DNA of 40,831 nt from Ministeria vibrans ATCC 50519 (GCA_943704425.1 CALSCP010001655.1:1-40831); one strand, 5' to 3'. Shown: positions 1-17,602, numbered from the stretch's first letter. Translations and numbers: made by a program. Notes: generated by a model not told the origin, from the letters alone.

Positions 1-8
1 ACACACAG

Positions 9-75
<67 letters not shown>

Positions 76-115
76 AACACACACACACTGAGCACACACA
101 TACACACACACACTG

Positions 116-150
<35 letters not shown>

Positions 151-169
151 AACACACACACACACACTG

Positions 170-216
<47 letters not shown>

Positions 217-251
217 AACACACACACACACACACACACACTGAGCACACA
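1..251. repeat. (CA)n microsatellite with CTGA interruptions
   Basis: Directly visible, immediately downstream of the paralogue A stop codon. Confidence 0.95.
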
Positions 252-6846
<6,595 letters not shown>

Positions 6847-7322
6847 TGTTTCAAAAAGAAAAGAATGGGATTGACAGATCTAAGCTTTGTAGAAGGGAGA
6901 GTCCCCAGAGGACAATGTTTTTTTTTAACTCGACAAATTCTTTGGCTGGATGTTGGGCTCTGATTGGTGCTTTGAAGATACGCTCTGGCAGTAAGATTAT
7001 CCCCACCAAACCGCTTCAAATACCCATAAGTATATGAACACAAGTAATTTCGTTTACATCGGGTAAAAAGAGAAGACAGGGACGAAGCCTGAGAGCGACG
7101 AGGGCGATGTTCGCTTATTATTCCAAATCAGTGGAGAATTTTGTTTTTCTTTGTTTGTTCTTCTCGCTCGCCAATACAACACAACAAACTCCGTTAAAAT
7201 ACCCGCAATAGTATGTATATAGGTGTTTTTGTTTATGGTGAGCAAATGCGGACGACACAGACAAAGGCTGAGAGCAATGAGAGCGATGTTTGTCTTTCGA
7301 AAAATTTAGCAATCAACACACT

Positions 7323-7354
<32 letters not shown>

Positions 7355-7403
7355 TCACTTTTCCTCTTATCAAAGTCCAAAGAAAAACAATCAGTTGCCT
7401 ATC
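6847..7403. promoter_or_regulatory. Putative bidirectional promoter between the two divergent paralogues
   Basis: 557 bp of AT-richer non-coding sequence between ATG 6846 (-) and ATG 7404 (+), with a poly-A tract at about 7330-7354. Inferred from position only. Confidence 0.55.
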
Positions 7404-8372
7404 ATGAGTAGCGCAGAGTCAGTAGTATGGAGCGATGAGATGGCAGTTGCCAAGCAGGTTTGGGTTCTTCAACTTGACAGCGGAGATTTTGTGAAGGTAA
7501 TGCTCCGGTATGGGGAAAAAATCGCTGTTTGCCACGCTCTGTGTCAGTGATTGTCGATTGAGACATTTCTATGGTATATGTGGTAAAGACCCTAGTCGTA
7601 GACACTACGCCTTAATGTTTTCCCTCTGGTCTCTCCTTTCTTTTTCAGCTTGAACACTCAGACGATTTGACGCTTTTGACACTACAAACACGACTCAATC
7701 TCTCTCCGGCAACGTCCATTATTCTTTCACGCACCGACGAAGAAGGGATTAGTGACGACTTCCCTCCTGGTGACGACGGTGTCTTTACGGACGACAGCGA
7801 ACCGCTTCCGCACGGTCTGTATCAACTGACTCTGGGCAATGACGCCGACTTAAACAGCGAGACAGCTCGCCAGACGCCGTTTGTCCTCGACGACACGAGT
7901 GTGTCGGAGAGCGAGGTGGACGATGGGTGTCCATTGCCGGCGTGGGAGCATGATGTCCAACATGCCCAATGTCTTGTCAAAGCGCTTGACGCGGCGCGTC
8001 ACTTGCCGACGCTCACAACGCGCGACAGCAGCTTTGATTGCCTCCGAAACACCCACAACGGCGCCTTCGTAGCTGCTGCATCGACCATCGTTGGGGCTAA
8101 CGTCCGCTTGCTCATTGGCGTCACCGCATCCGCCGTCCTTGTCGCCATCGACGTGTCCAAGTACCTGACCGACTTGTTGACGCCGTCTGCCGCCCCCACG
8201 CCCCTCTTCCCCAACGACGACTTCCGCTTTCACACGGCGCCCGCCGTCCATCCAGTTGTGTACGAACTTGCAAGCACGCTCCCCATGGAAACGATTCTAG
8301 CCTTGATGCAAGCCACGGATCTCGTTGAGGAGGACAACAAGACCGACAGTCAACAACAGCTTCACGATGAGC

Positions 8373-8406
<34 letters not shown>

Positions 8407-11400
8407 ACTCAAGGAAGACACCAATGCTGCAAACGCCCCTCCACACCAACCTCAACCTCAACCTTCTGCGCGTCGCTCAAAGAGCTCCTTAGCCTCGCGA
8501 CTCTTTTCTTCCTTTCGCCGCAACCGCGCAAAGGAGGAGACGTCCGACTCTGACAAGTCTGAAGATACCCGTCGTCGGCGAAAGCTCATCTTCTGCGGCC
8601 ACTCTTTTAGTGGTCCCGTTGCACATGTCGCTGCCATTCTTGCACGGCGGGCGCTCAAAGGCCTTAAAGAAGCCAAAATGATGAGCGCGAGCGCAATTAC
8701 CTTCTCCTCGCCCGTCTTTAGCACTGTCGCACTCGTAAGCTACCTGCAACGGGATCACGACGCTCAGAGGTTCCACCTTAACATATGTCAGCGAGCCGAT
8801 GGTCTTCTTGAGGCCATGAATCTCTGCATCAACGCACACACGGCCTTTGCCGTGTCTGGCTACAGCAACTCAATCACACAGGAGTACTTTACGCCGCTTT
8901 TGCGCCTCCTCACCGGTGGCCTAGACCGTCACACACTGGAACGTCTGCGAGGTCTGCACGACCCTCTTGGACGCGCACTGGATGGCACTCGGCAGAGTGC
9001 CAACGAGGACGCGTGTCGCTTTGTGCCTCTCGCATGGCACTCGTTCGTCGCCCCGGCTATTCACCGCCGCCAGCCGTGCACGACCACCTCCACTCAAGCT
9101 GTGATTGACTTGACGAAGGATGCCCTCTTGAATGCGCAGTATGCAACGCTGACAAGTCATCACGAGGCCTCCTGGCCTGACAATGACGACAGCGCCATTG
9201 CCGGCTTTGTGCCACGTTTGAACCGTTCTGTTGCCTCGCCACTGGCGCCTCTGAAGCATGTGCTTCCCAAGGTCGCGTCAGTCTTGCTTGCGCTTTCACC
9301 GCATGGCACGACTATTACTCTCACGGGGTGCGCCCTTGATGGCCTTCTGCGCACCGTGCCAGCGCTCAGCAAGCATCTTCACGACAATCTGCGAAGCCTC
9401 GAGCTGCCCTCGGACTCAACCAGCAACATGGCCGGTGTGGACGTGGGCATGATGGTTGTTAAGCAGTGTAACTACTCCTCCGCCGAGGTCTTTGTGCCTG
9501 CTTACTGTATCACGAAGCCGGGTGCCCTCCGCACTCACACTCTCTTTGGTTCCTCGCCTTCCTTCTCCTTCTCTCTTGACAACATCAAAAATACGGACAA
9601 CGACCCCGCGCGCACCACAAACGCCATCTTCAACTCGACCGACACTCACTTGCTCTACGCGGCCTTTGCTCGTGGTCTTCTCTACGATGCCAAACGCTTA
9701 GGGCAGTCGCAGCCTTTACTTCAATCTCCCTCGAATCCGTACCTGTATCCTCTGCAGGAGCTTGAGACTATCCTGCTGGGGACGGACGGCTTGGCGAGTC
9801 TGCGCGAGCACACGAAGACGTTTCAAGACATCTCAGCGAGCGCTGAGCGGGGCCGCGCGACGATTTATAACATTGCCATGCGACTCGCACTACCCCTCAA
9901 CATTGAGTATCACACGTATTTAGGGCGCGCCGCGCGCAACTTCCTCTCAGCAGCATCCAAAGCATTTGGCTACTTTTTGGCGGTCACGGGTGGCATTGCG
10001 GCACTGCCGGGTACCCTTCTCATGCTTCCAGGCATCATTACTATGGACCGGACCCAGAACATGGCTGCGCAGGGCGTTGCCGCCGTCGTATCTGTGCCTG
10101 GCATGCTCCTGAGTGGTCCAGGTCTTCTCGTTGGGATCATTGGCGGACTCACTGTGGCGTCCGCGCGCGGCGCCAAACGCGACATGGTTGCCCGCAACTA
10201 CATACACACGGTCCAGTTGCTACTCCAGATGTTTAGTGTCGACGAGCTTGACATACCTTCCGATATTGGGCTTGCTGAGCACCGTCTTCTCGAGGTCTAT
10301 CGCGAGCTCGCCCAGCTTTTCTTCCCCCCTGCCGATGACTCAGCCGACTTGCGCCAGGCAACGCCCTTATCCGTCGCGGAGTACCTGCGGATGGCTGAGG
10401 TTTCGTGCAAGATCGTGTATGAGGACGTGGTTGCGCGTGTCGCCGACACAGGCGTCTTTGACCGGGCTCTCAACGGGCTCTTTGAAACGCGCCACGATGG
10501 AGATCGAGTTGCTGAGGCACGTCAGAGTGTCTCGTCTGAGTTGGACAAGCGCCGCGTTGCCATCGCCAGCGGCTTTAGTTTTTACGCGGAAGCCATGCCG
10601 GAGGCCAAGCAGCAGATCCATCGCTCACTCTGCAGCGTGGCACGAATTGCGCAAGTGCGTGACGCACTGGAGAACGAACTCGTCCTCTCATTTGTCGGCG
10701 TTCACAATGCCGGCAAGTCGACAACCATTGAGAAGCTTTTTGGCTTTTGTACAGGCGCGTCGCTGCTGGAGCGCACAGAGGAGGTCAAGCAGTATTCGCT
10801 GACTGAAGACATTTACGTGGAGAAGTCAATCTCGAACGCTTCCCCGACGTCGCAGCCTGCGTCTCCTTCTGCGTCTTCTTCTGAGCAATTTCAATTTACA
10901 GTGTGTGACTTCCCAGGCACCACCGACGAGCGTCTGTCGATTGCACTGCACACGGAGCGGTTTGTACATGCCTCCACACTATGCGTCGTTGTGTTTCGCG
11001 CCGGTCATGTTGGCAAGCCCGAGGTGGACCTCATCAACACGCTGAAGCAGGCGAATCAGGAGTTTATCATTCTCATGAACAAATCTGATGATGTGAAGAT
11101 TTGCTCGCGCATTGGCGATGATGTGCAGCGCCAGAACTTCTGCGAGGACTATGCTCACCGACTCGATGTTCCCCCAGACTGCTTTGTGTTCCTGTCGGCG
11201 CTCAACTCCCTTATGATTGAAATGGTGCGCCAGCGGCTCTGGCTCATCCTCATTACACGCTTCCCGCAGTCATCCAACGTGGCGATCCTTGCCCTCTGCA
11301 TGATTCCTGCCGCGACGCGTACGCAGCTCCTCCCTGACTTTCGCCGCCACGACCCGGAATGGCCGCGGCAGCTGCTTTTGTACCAGCCACCAGCACTGTC

Positions 11401-13829
11401 GCCGAGCCTGTCCGACATGGACAACGCCCTGCCACGCAGCTTCCTCTTCCAGGTGGTCGACTCTATCGTGGCACTGCTCAACAACCCCCAACCTACGCTC
11501 ATTACTTACACTGCGGTCATGGACAAGGTGCACGAGCAGACGGTACACGCCTATATGTCGCCTGCCACGAAGCTCCTTGACGCCTTCAGGTGTCGCAAGT
11601 CTGACACGTACGATAAATTGGTGCAAGAGGCGCAGTTCAACGGGCTCTCGGCCGACGTGCAGCTGGTGCTGTTCCAGGTGTGCAGCGAACGAGTCTGGAA
11701 CATTGCCAACATCCAGCAGATGTACATGCCTTCATCTCGCTTTGACAGTCCGACTCTTTCACGCCGCGCCGCATGCAGCAACGCAGACTGGCTTGAAGAC
11801 CCTACGGATCTCACGAATCAGCTTAGCCACGAGAGCGATGCGCTTCTTGTGCATGTCGCCGACGTCACCTCACAGGCTTTGGGGCTCCTGATCTCCTTTC
11901 GTATATTTTATATTGACTTACCGCTGCCCAGCTTCAACAAGGCAAGTCATTCTCTTCCTAATTGTTTGCTTATATGTGGATGTTTGGTTTATCCTTTTAT
12001 CTTTTTTCTCACACTTTGCATTTCTTTCTTCCTTTTGTTTTTTTTTCTATTACTTTCTCTCTCACACACACTTTGTTTTTTTTCTCTCTCTCTTTATCTA
12101 TTGCTTTGTTTTTCTCTGTTTCTCTCCATAGATTGCGTTTAATATCATATCAGCACAACTATCGTGCAACACTGTGAATTTGCAGCGCTGGGTCTTCGAC
12201 GAATTGGAAGAGGAGGTCAGCAAGACGCACACGATTAGCATGACCCTCAATTCCCGTTTCCGTAGTTTTTGAAGGAGCTGACCTTGCTGACTACCCTGGA
12301 TGAGACGAAAGACACAAGCAGGAGCGAGGTGGATGACAATGCGTTTGAGATGCAGTTGGTGCGCGGGCAGATTGTCGACACGCTGGCACAGGCGGTGCGG
12401 GTGACGTTTCGCTTGAGCCCGCAGGTGCCCCCAAAGCCTACGTTGCAAGAGCAATCAATGAAAGACCGCATGGCACTCTTTCGTGAGCGTCTGCAACAAC
12501 ACCGTGTTGAGACGGCCGAAGCCAAGGCGGAAGTGGCGCCGACGGCCGTCCAAGTGCATCTCTTGAGCGATCCAAACCGCCAGTTTGAGTGCTTTTGTGA
12601 GCTGATGTGTAAACTGGATAGTCATCGGGTTCTGCTGTCGCGACTGCACGACAGCACATGCATCAGTTTACTCTCGGTTTCCATCGACAAGAGCAAGATT
12701 GTGACAGGTTTTGCGGCGCTCGTTGAGATTGTGCGCTTCACCACTCGTCTGTTTACATCCAACCAAATGCGCTCTTTCTGGCGCTCTTCCTCGCAGTGCC
12801 ATTTCTACTTTGGCGACGAATTTGCTCGCCGGCCGAACGGGGTTGACTGGACTCCATTGTTGTACCGCATGATTGGCCGTGTGGTGGGTCTTGTGCTGCA
12901 GGACGAACGCTTGCGCAATGCCTTTTCTCCCGTCTTTGCGCTGCCTGTCTTTCGTCTGCTGCTTGGGCGCTCGTTGGAGCTTTTTGATCTTGCGCTCATT
13001 GACACTGATCTCAATCGTGAGATATCGCTCTTGCACTGTCACTTGCAAACCCGGCCCAATTGTCTCTATGAACGTCTGCACAACCAGCACTTTGTTGCGC
13101 AAAACGGCGTGGCGTTCGCGACGGCCGACAACCTGGCTGCTGTTGACGTCCTCAGCGTCAACGGCCACCTGGCTCAGGTGACAGTTGATTCGCAAGCAAG
13201 ATATCTTATCGCTCTTATCCGATATCATTTGGGTGCGGCGTTGCCGCTTAAAGAATTCCTTGAAGGGTTTCGTGATGTCGGACTCCCCCTCTGGCTGCTT
13301 TCGTTCTTTACCGCCCCTCAGCTTCAGGTGCTTGCCTGTGATGTGGTCTCGCGTGCCCGTGTCTCCATCGCCCACTTGCGCGACATCCTCAAAGTTCCCG
13401 TTCCCACGCAAGACGGCTCCGCGAGCGAGTATCAGGGCGCTACCTGGCTCTGGCAGTGTCTGGAAAATTTCTGTGCTTTTGACAAAGCCCTATTCCTTGT
13501 GCTTCTGACTGGCACCTGTGCAATCGGGCCCACCACGTCTTCATATCATGTCATTTGGGATTCATGGCACGCCAGCGACGAGCCGGTGACAGGTATGCAC
13601 TGATCAATATAATTATCTTATATGTGTGATCATGAGAGAGATGAGAGGAAGGGTGACATGAGCGGGGGGAGTGTGACTGACTGCATCTCGCATAAACACA
13701 GATGGCCACCATGCGTCAGATGCGATAATTCGTGCAAACCTACCCACTTGCACTCTTCACATTCCTATGTTCCCTTCATACGACCAACTCGAGGCTGCTC
13801 TGCACTCAGCGTTGGAACAAGACCGTTAA
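7404..13829 (+). CDS. Paralogue B: same lipase_3-like / TIG-like / hairpin / GTPase architecture with a degenerate HECT-like C-terminus (~1,970 aa, 5 exons)
   Basis: Exons 7404-7496, 7649-11941 (GC donor AAG|GCAAGT), 12132-12215, 12266-13592 and 13702-13829, all frame-consistent. Motifs: LIFCGHSFSG (8597-8614), ITFSSP; GVHNAGKS (10697-10720), DFPG, NKSD; HECT-like YRMIGRVVGL, FLEGF, LLSFFTAPQLQVLACD, WLWQCLENF, LLTG. Last exon reads ...IIRANLPTCTLHIPMFPSYDQLEAALHSALEQDR*. Confidence 0.82.
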
Positions 13830-13976
13830 TACAGCTTCTATTTTGTTTGTTATTTTTGTGCGCCTATCTTTATCGTGGGTGCAATGCTGAGCTTTCAAGT
13901 AAATGGGATATTTAACTTATACAAGAGACCGTTTATAGTGTGGGTGACAGCTCAGACCTTTGCATACGCAACATGA

Positions 13977-14129
13977 AATAATTAGAAGAAGAAGAAGAAT
14001 ACAACCCATTTATTCATGATACAGTCACCAGGATCAACAACAAAAGCACGAGTGCACTTACTCAGTGCAATTGCTATCCAGTGAGGTAATCGCAATGGTA
14101 CGCCAATAATAATTAGAAGAAGAAGAAGA
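13977..14129 (-). mobile_element. Short retro-like (SINE or LINE 3' end) element, copy A
   Basis: Blocks 14002-14030 and 14073-14105 are reverse complements of 17381-17409 (28/29) and 17257-17289 (32/33). On the minus strand it ends in AATAAA plus a (TTC)n tail. Flanked by a 22-bp direct repeat AATAATTAGAAGAAGAAGAAGA (13977-13998, 14108-14129). Confidence 0.6.
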
Positions 14130-14172
14130 CATTTCCAATTTATTCTCAATAATAATAATAATAAGAATAAAA

Positions 14173-14218
<46 letters not shown>

Positions 14219-14682
14219 TACTACTATTAGTTAAGAAAACGCCATTCGAGACCTCTCTCCCAACCTCTCCCTCACTCTTTCTCTGACATGTTCTACGTAT
14301 ACCTGCTCTGATCTCTCATAGAACATAGTGATTTCCAACCATCAAGAGAAAGAAAGTGAAAGGATAAATTCGTCTGAATATTCTTAAATCAATTTCAAAT
14401 CAATAATAATTATAATTCTATTCTCTTTTTTCCCTTTGTTCCTCCGCGCTCTCTGTCTCGTCCAAGACGTACAACGTCGACGTTTTCTTTAAACTTGTCC
14501 GTTTGTAGTAAGCTTATTTATACTCCCTAGTTTTTGAACGAAGTTTTTAAGAAATTTTTAAATTTGACCCGAATCCCCTTCTCGTTTGTTTGTTTCACAC
14601 ACACAGTTTCTCCACCATTCAATACCCTCCGCGACCCTTACACGGCTTTATCGTTGATTGTAGACGTAACCAGGGGCGCAGT

Positions 14683-16593
14683 ATGCTTCTCTTGTCTCTG
14701 TCAACTTTGATGTGTGTGTTCATCACCACCTTTTCGTGTGTGAGTCTAGCGCTCACTATTGCCGGCACGGAACGTCTTGATGTCATGTGGGATTGCACAA
14801 ACACCAACTCAAGCGAGTCTTTCTGCAACGACCACGACGGCAGGCTCCAATTGACGTCGCTTGGCGGCGGGATACAAATTTCCCGCAAGGTGTGCATTCT
14901 ACTCTCGTCTCTTCTCATGATGATTCTTCTCTTGTGTGGTACCGAGCACAACCCCTCGTATTACAAGTCGCGCCACACCAATCGTGTCTTGGGGTTGCTT
15001 GGGGCCTTGGCCGTCACGGCCTATCTGCTCTTGGCAATCACCTTCAGTCTTGTTCTCGACTCCGCCAACGGCCAGTATTCCACAATGGAGATGGCCGACT
15101 ACTCCGTGACAACCATCACGTATCTCTGCAACGCGTGCACTCATCTTGTTGTCGTCGTTGCTTTTGCCGCTCGCACCAAAGTGATTGTGCGCGAGAACTA
15201 TGCCGTTCTCTTCTCCCTCTGTGTGTACTACGGGTGCAGCATGATGCGCTCCACCCTCTTCCCCATCCTTTACCCGCAGGCCACCTTGCAACTCTACAAG
15301 GTCCAAGCAACCGTTGCGCCCTGGGTGTCGGGAATCATTGGACCCTGCTCCACCATGTTTTTCTTTGGTGTGCTCCTCGAGGCGCTTAATCTCTTGAAAG
15401 GCGGCACCAGCGTGTCTGAAAAATGGACTGTAAAAGACACCGAGGAGTCAATGGAGCAGACCATCCGTGTGCGTACGCGGCAGCTCGACTACCGATGGGC
15501 ACACATGACCGACATTCAGCCAATCCCCGGGCCTGGCAGTCAGGTGGAAGATCCCTATCCCGTACAAGTCTCCATCACGAGTGAAATTGTGTACGTCGAA
15601 ATCGCCCCAAACTTGCACGAGATTGTGCGCACCATTCACGCTCGCGCTTCCTATCGCGACGGCGCAACGCGAGGCGACGCTAAATTACTTTCGCGTGAGA
15701 AGGGGCTTGAAGCACCGCCCTTCTGGCCACACCTTGCCGCCATCTATCTGCCCGTCTTTGTCTTCTCGTCGCTCATTTCGCTCATGTGGGCCATTGAGAA
15801 TGCCTTTGACACAAACTGCATTCCGCAGGTGGGCGTCTCGACCACTTGCCTGCTTGTGAGCATTGTCATCGTGTTTGTACATCTTCGCCTCGACCGTGGC
15901 GACCACAATGCGGAGCACGCGACGACGCACCGTTGCGGCAGCGGCAGCGGCCCTTGCTCATCGTTTCTCCGCTTTTTCTCTGCGGGCCGTCAACGTGCTC
16001 ACAGTCTGCCTCACGTCGTTGCTCTGCTCTTTCTTTGCACCGCCGCTGTTGCCGTTGACGCCATGCTCTATCTTTATGCCTTTAAGACTGACCACAAGAA
16101 CGACTGCGAGGCAGCCTCCAACGTCGCAATGGCCTCACTCATCATCTTGCTCGACATTGTCCAGTGCATCTTTGTCATCTTCTTCGACTTCAACAAGAGC
16201 GACCGCCTGCTCACGCGACTTTTCGTGCGCAACCTACTCATAGGAGCAAACGCTGCGCTCATGATCACCGCCTTTGTCTCCGAAATTGAGCATCTCTCGC
16301 ACTCCATCTCGCACCTGTCCGTTCTCGAGACGATAGCCCTCGCCATTTTCTGGGTGAGCATCGACTACCGTGTCCTTGTCCTTGAGATTCTCTTCGACAA
16401 CCACGACCAAGTCTCCTGGCCCGTCACCGTCTTCCTGCGCAAACATGGTGTGCCTCCCCCCATCCACCGCGAGAACGCCGGTCGCTCCAATTTTTCCCCC
16501 GACTACACCAACACCGTTGCGTCCACAACCTCCTCCGGCCTTGGCGTCCATGCTCAAGAAATTCACCTTTCCTCCATGTCGTCGGATGCCTAG
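14683..16593 (+). CDS. Intronless multi-pass membrane protein, otopetrin (proton channel)-like
   Basis: Single long ORF (first ATG 14683) with about 11-12 hydrophobic segments in two halves separated by a polar loop. GPCSTMFF, DIVQCIFV, LLIGANAALMI and SIDYRVLVLEIL resemble the otopetrin motifs PCxIEY, QxxFI, NxxLW and IFYRxHS. The CDS is secure; the family call is tentative. Confidence 0.5.
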   Translation: MLLLSLSTLMCVFITTFSCVSLALTIAGTERLDVMWDCTNTNSSESFCNDHDGRLQLTSLGGGIQISRKVCILLSSLLMMILLLCGTEHNPSYYKSRHTNRVLGLLGALAVTAYLLLAITFSLVLDSANGQYSTMEMADYSVTTITYLCNACTHLVVVVAFAARTKVIVRENYAVLFSLCVYYGCSMMRSTLFPILYPQATLQLYKVQATVAPWVSGIIGPCSTMFFFGVLLEALNLLKGGTSVSEKWTVKDTEESMEQTIRVRTRQLDYRWAHMTDIQPIPGPGSQVEDPYPVQVSITSEIVYVEIAPNLHEIVRTIHARASYRDGATRGDAKLLSREKGLEAPPFWPHLAAIYLPVFVFSSLISLMWAIENAFDTNCIPQVGVSTTCLLVSIVIVFVHLRLDRGDHNAEHATTHRCGSGSGPCSSFLRFFSAGRQRAHSLPHVVALLFLCTAAVAVDAMLYLYAFKTDHKNDCEAASNVAMASLIILLDIVQCIFVIFFDFNKSDRLLTRLFVRNLLIGANAALMITAFVSEIEHLSHSISHLSVLETIALAIFWVSIDYRVLVLEILFDNHDQVSWPVTVFLRKHGVPPPIHRENAGRSNFSPDYTNTVASTTSSGLGVHAQEIHLSSMSSDA

Positions 16594-17218
16594 TGCCCAT
16601 ATGAATAGTTTAGAATTATGTCTTACGAACATGTGACAACTCATAGGTTGAGAATTTATTACAATAATTATAAAAATAAGTATAAAATTTAAAGATACTT
16701 TCCAACTTACTCTCAATCACGAACAAAAATAATTATTAGTAACAACAAAAACAAAGTCTTCATAATAATAATAATAAAATTTAATAATAGTAATAATAAT
16801 TATTATTAGAATTATTTTTGTCATAATAATTAACTGAGGCATGAACTTTACGATTGTATTCAGACGTTTAACACATACTCAAGCAGCTTATGAGGCCCAC
16901 TCAGGATACATCGCGCCCTCTCCTCTCTAACTCTCTAACTCTCTACTCCTATTTCTCTCTCACTCTTACAAGAGGGTCTACAAGTCAAGACAAACACATT
17001 TCTCTCATGCCACCGCAACGCCAGTCTACTCATGACAGCCAACACCACCCCACCCCTCCCAAGGTGAATACAACACGCAAACCACAAACATAACCATCGC
17101 TATAAGCTCACACTCACACGACAGCATAACACCAATGTCAGCAGAGCACAACAAACGCCATAGTCGCAGCCACACACATTCACGTTACGTCTAGTGCAGC
17201 GCCAGTCTCAACACGTCA

Positions 17219-17437
17219 TAATAATTAACCCTAACCCTAAGCCTCCTCTGGGGGTATGGCGTACCATTGCGATTGCCTCACTGGATAGCGACGACACAGC
17301 ACTATGACCTGCCACTGTTCTCCCATGTTACCTCTAGAGTTTTGGTTGAGTTTGCAAGGCGGTCTGGCTGTGTCTTCGCGTGGTGACTGTATCATTAATA
17401 AATGGGTTGGTATATTCTTCTTCTTCAGTAATAATTA
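17219..17437 (+). mobile_element. Short retro-like element, copy B
   Basis: Same two conserved blocks as copy A, with AATAAA plus a (TTC)4 tail. Flanked by TAATAATTA direct repeats (17219-17227, 17429-17437). TAACCCTAACCCTAA sits at the 5' junction. Confidence 0.6.
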
Positions 17438-17602
17438 CACACACACACACACACACACAATTTTATTTTGGCAATAATTACTATCAATCACATTGCTCTT
17501 GTGGAACTCCTTGATGCCTTGGCGTGGCAGCGTATAAACAACATTTTTCACCTTTTCATCCACCTTTTTTTGGTATCGTTTTATTTTGAATCGATTTTAA
17601 GA

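Noticed and set aside
13622-13915. ORF 13622..13915 as the last exon of paralogue B
   Set aside because: Wrong frame; the phase-1 splice to 13702 gives the HECT-like C-lobe ending at 13829.
13977-17437. A DNA transposon with terminal inverted repeats carrying the membrane-protein gene
   Set aside because: No transposase is present, and each copy has its own tail and TSD-like flanks, so two independent insertions are more parsimonious. Not fully excluded.
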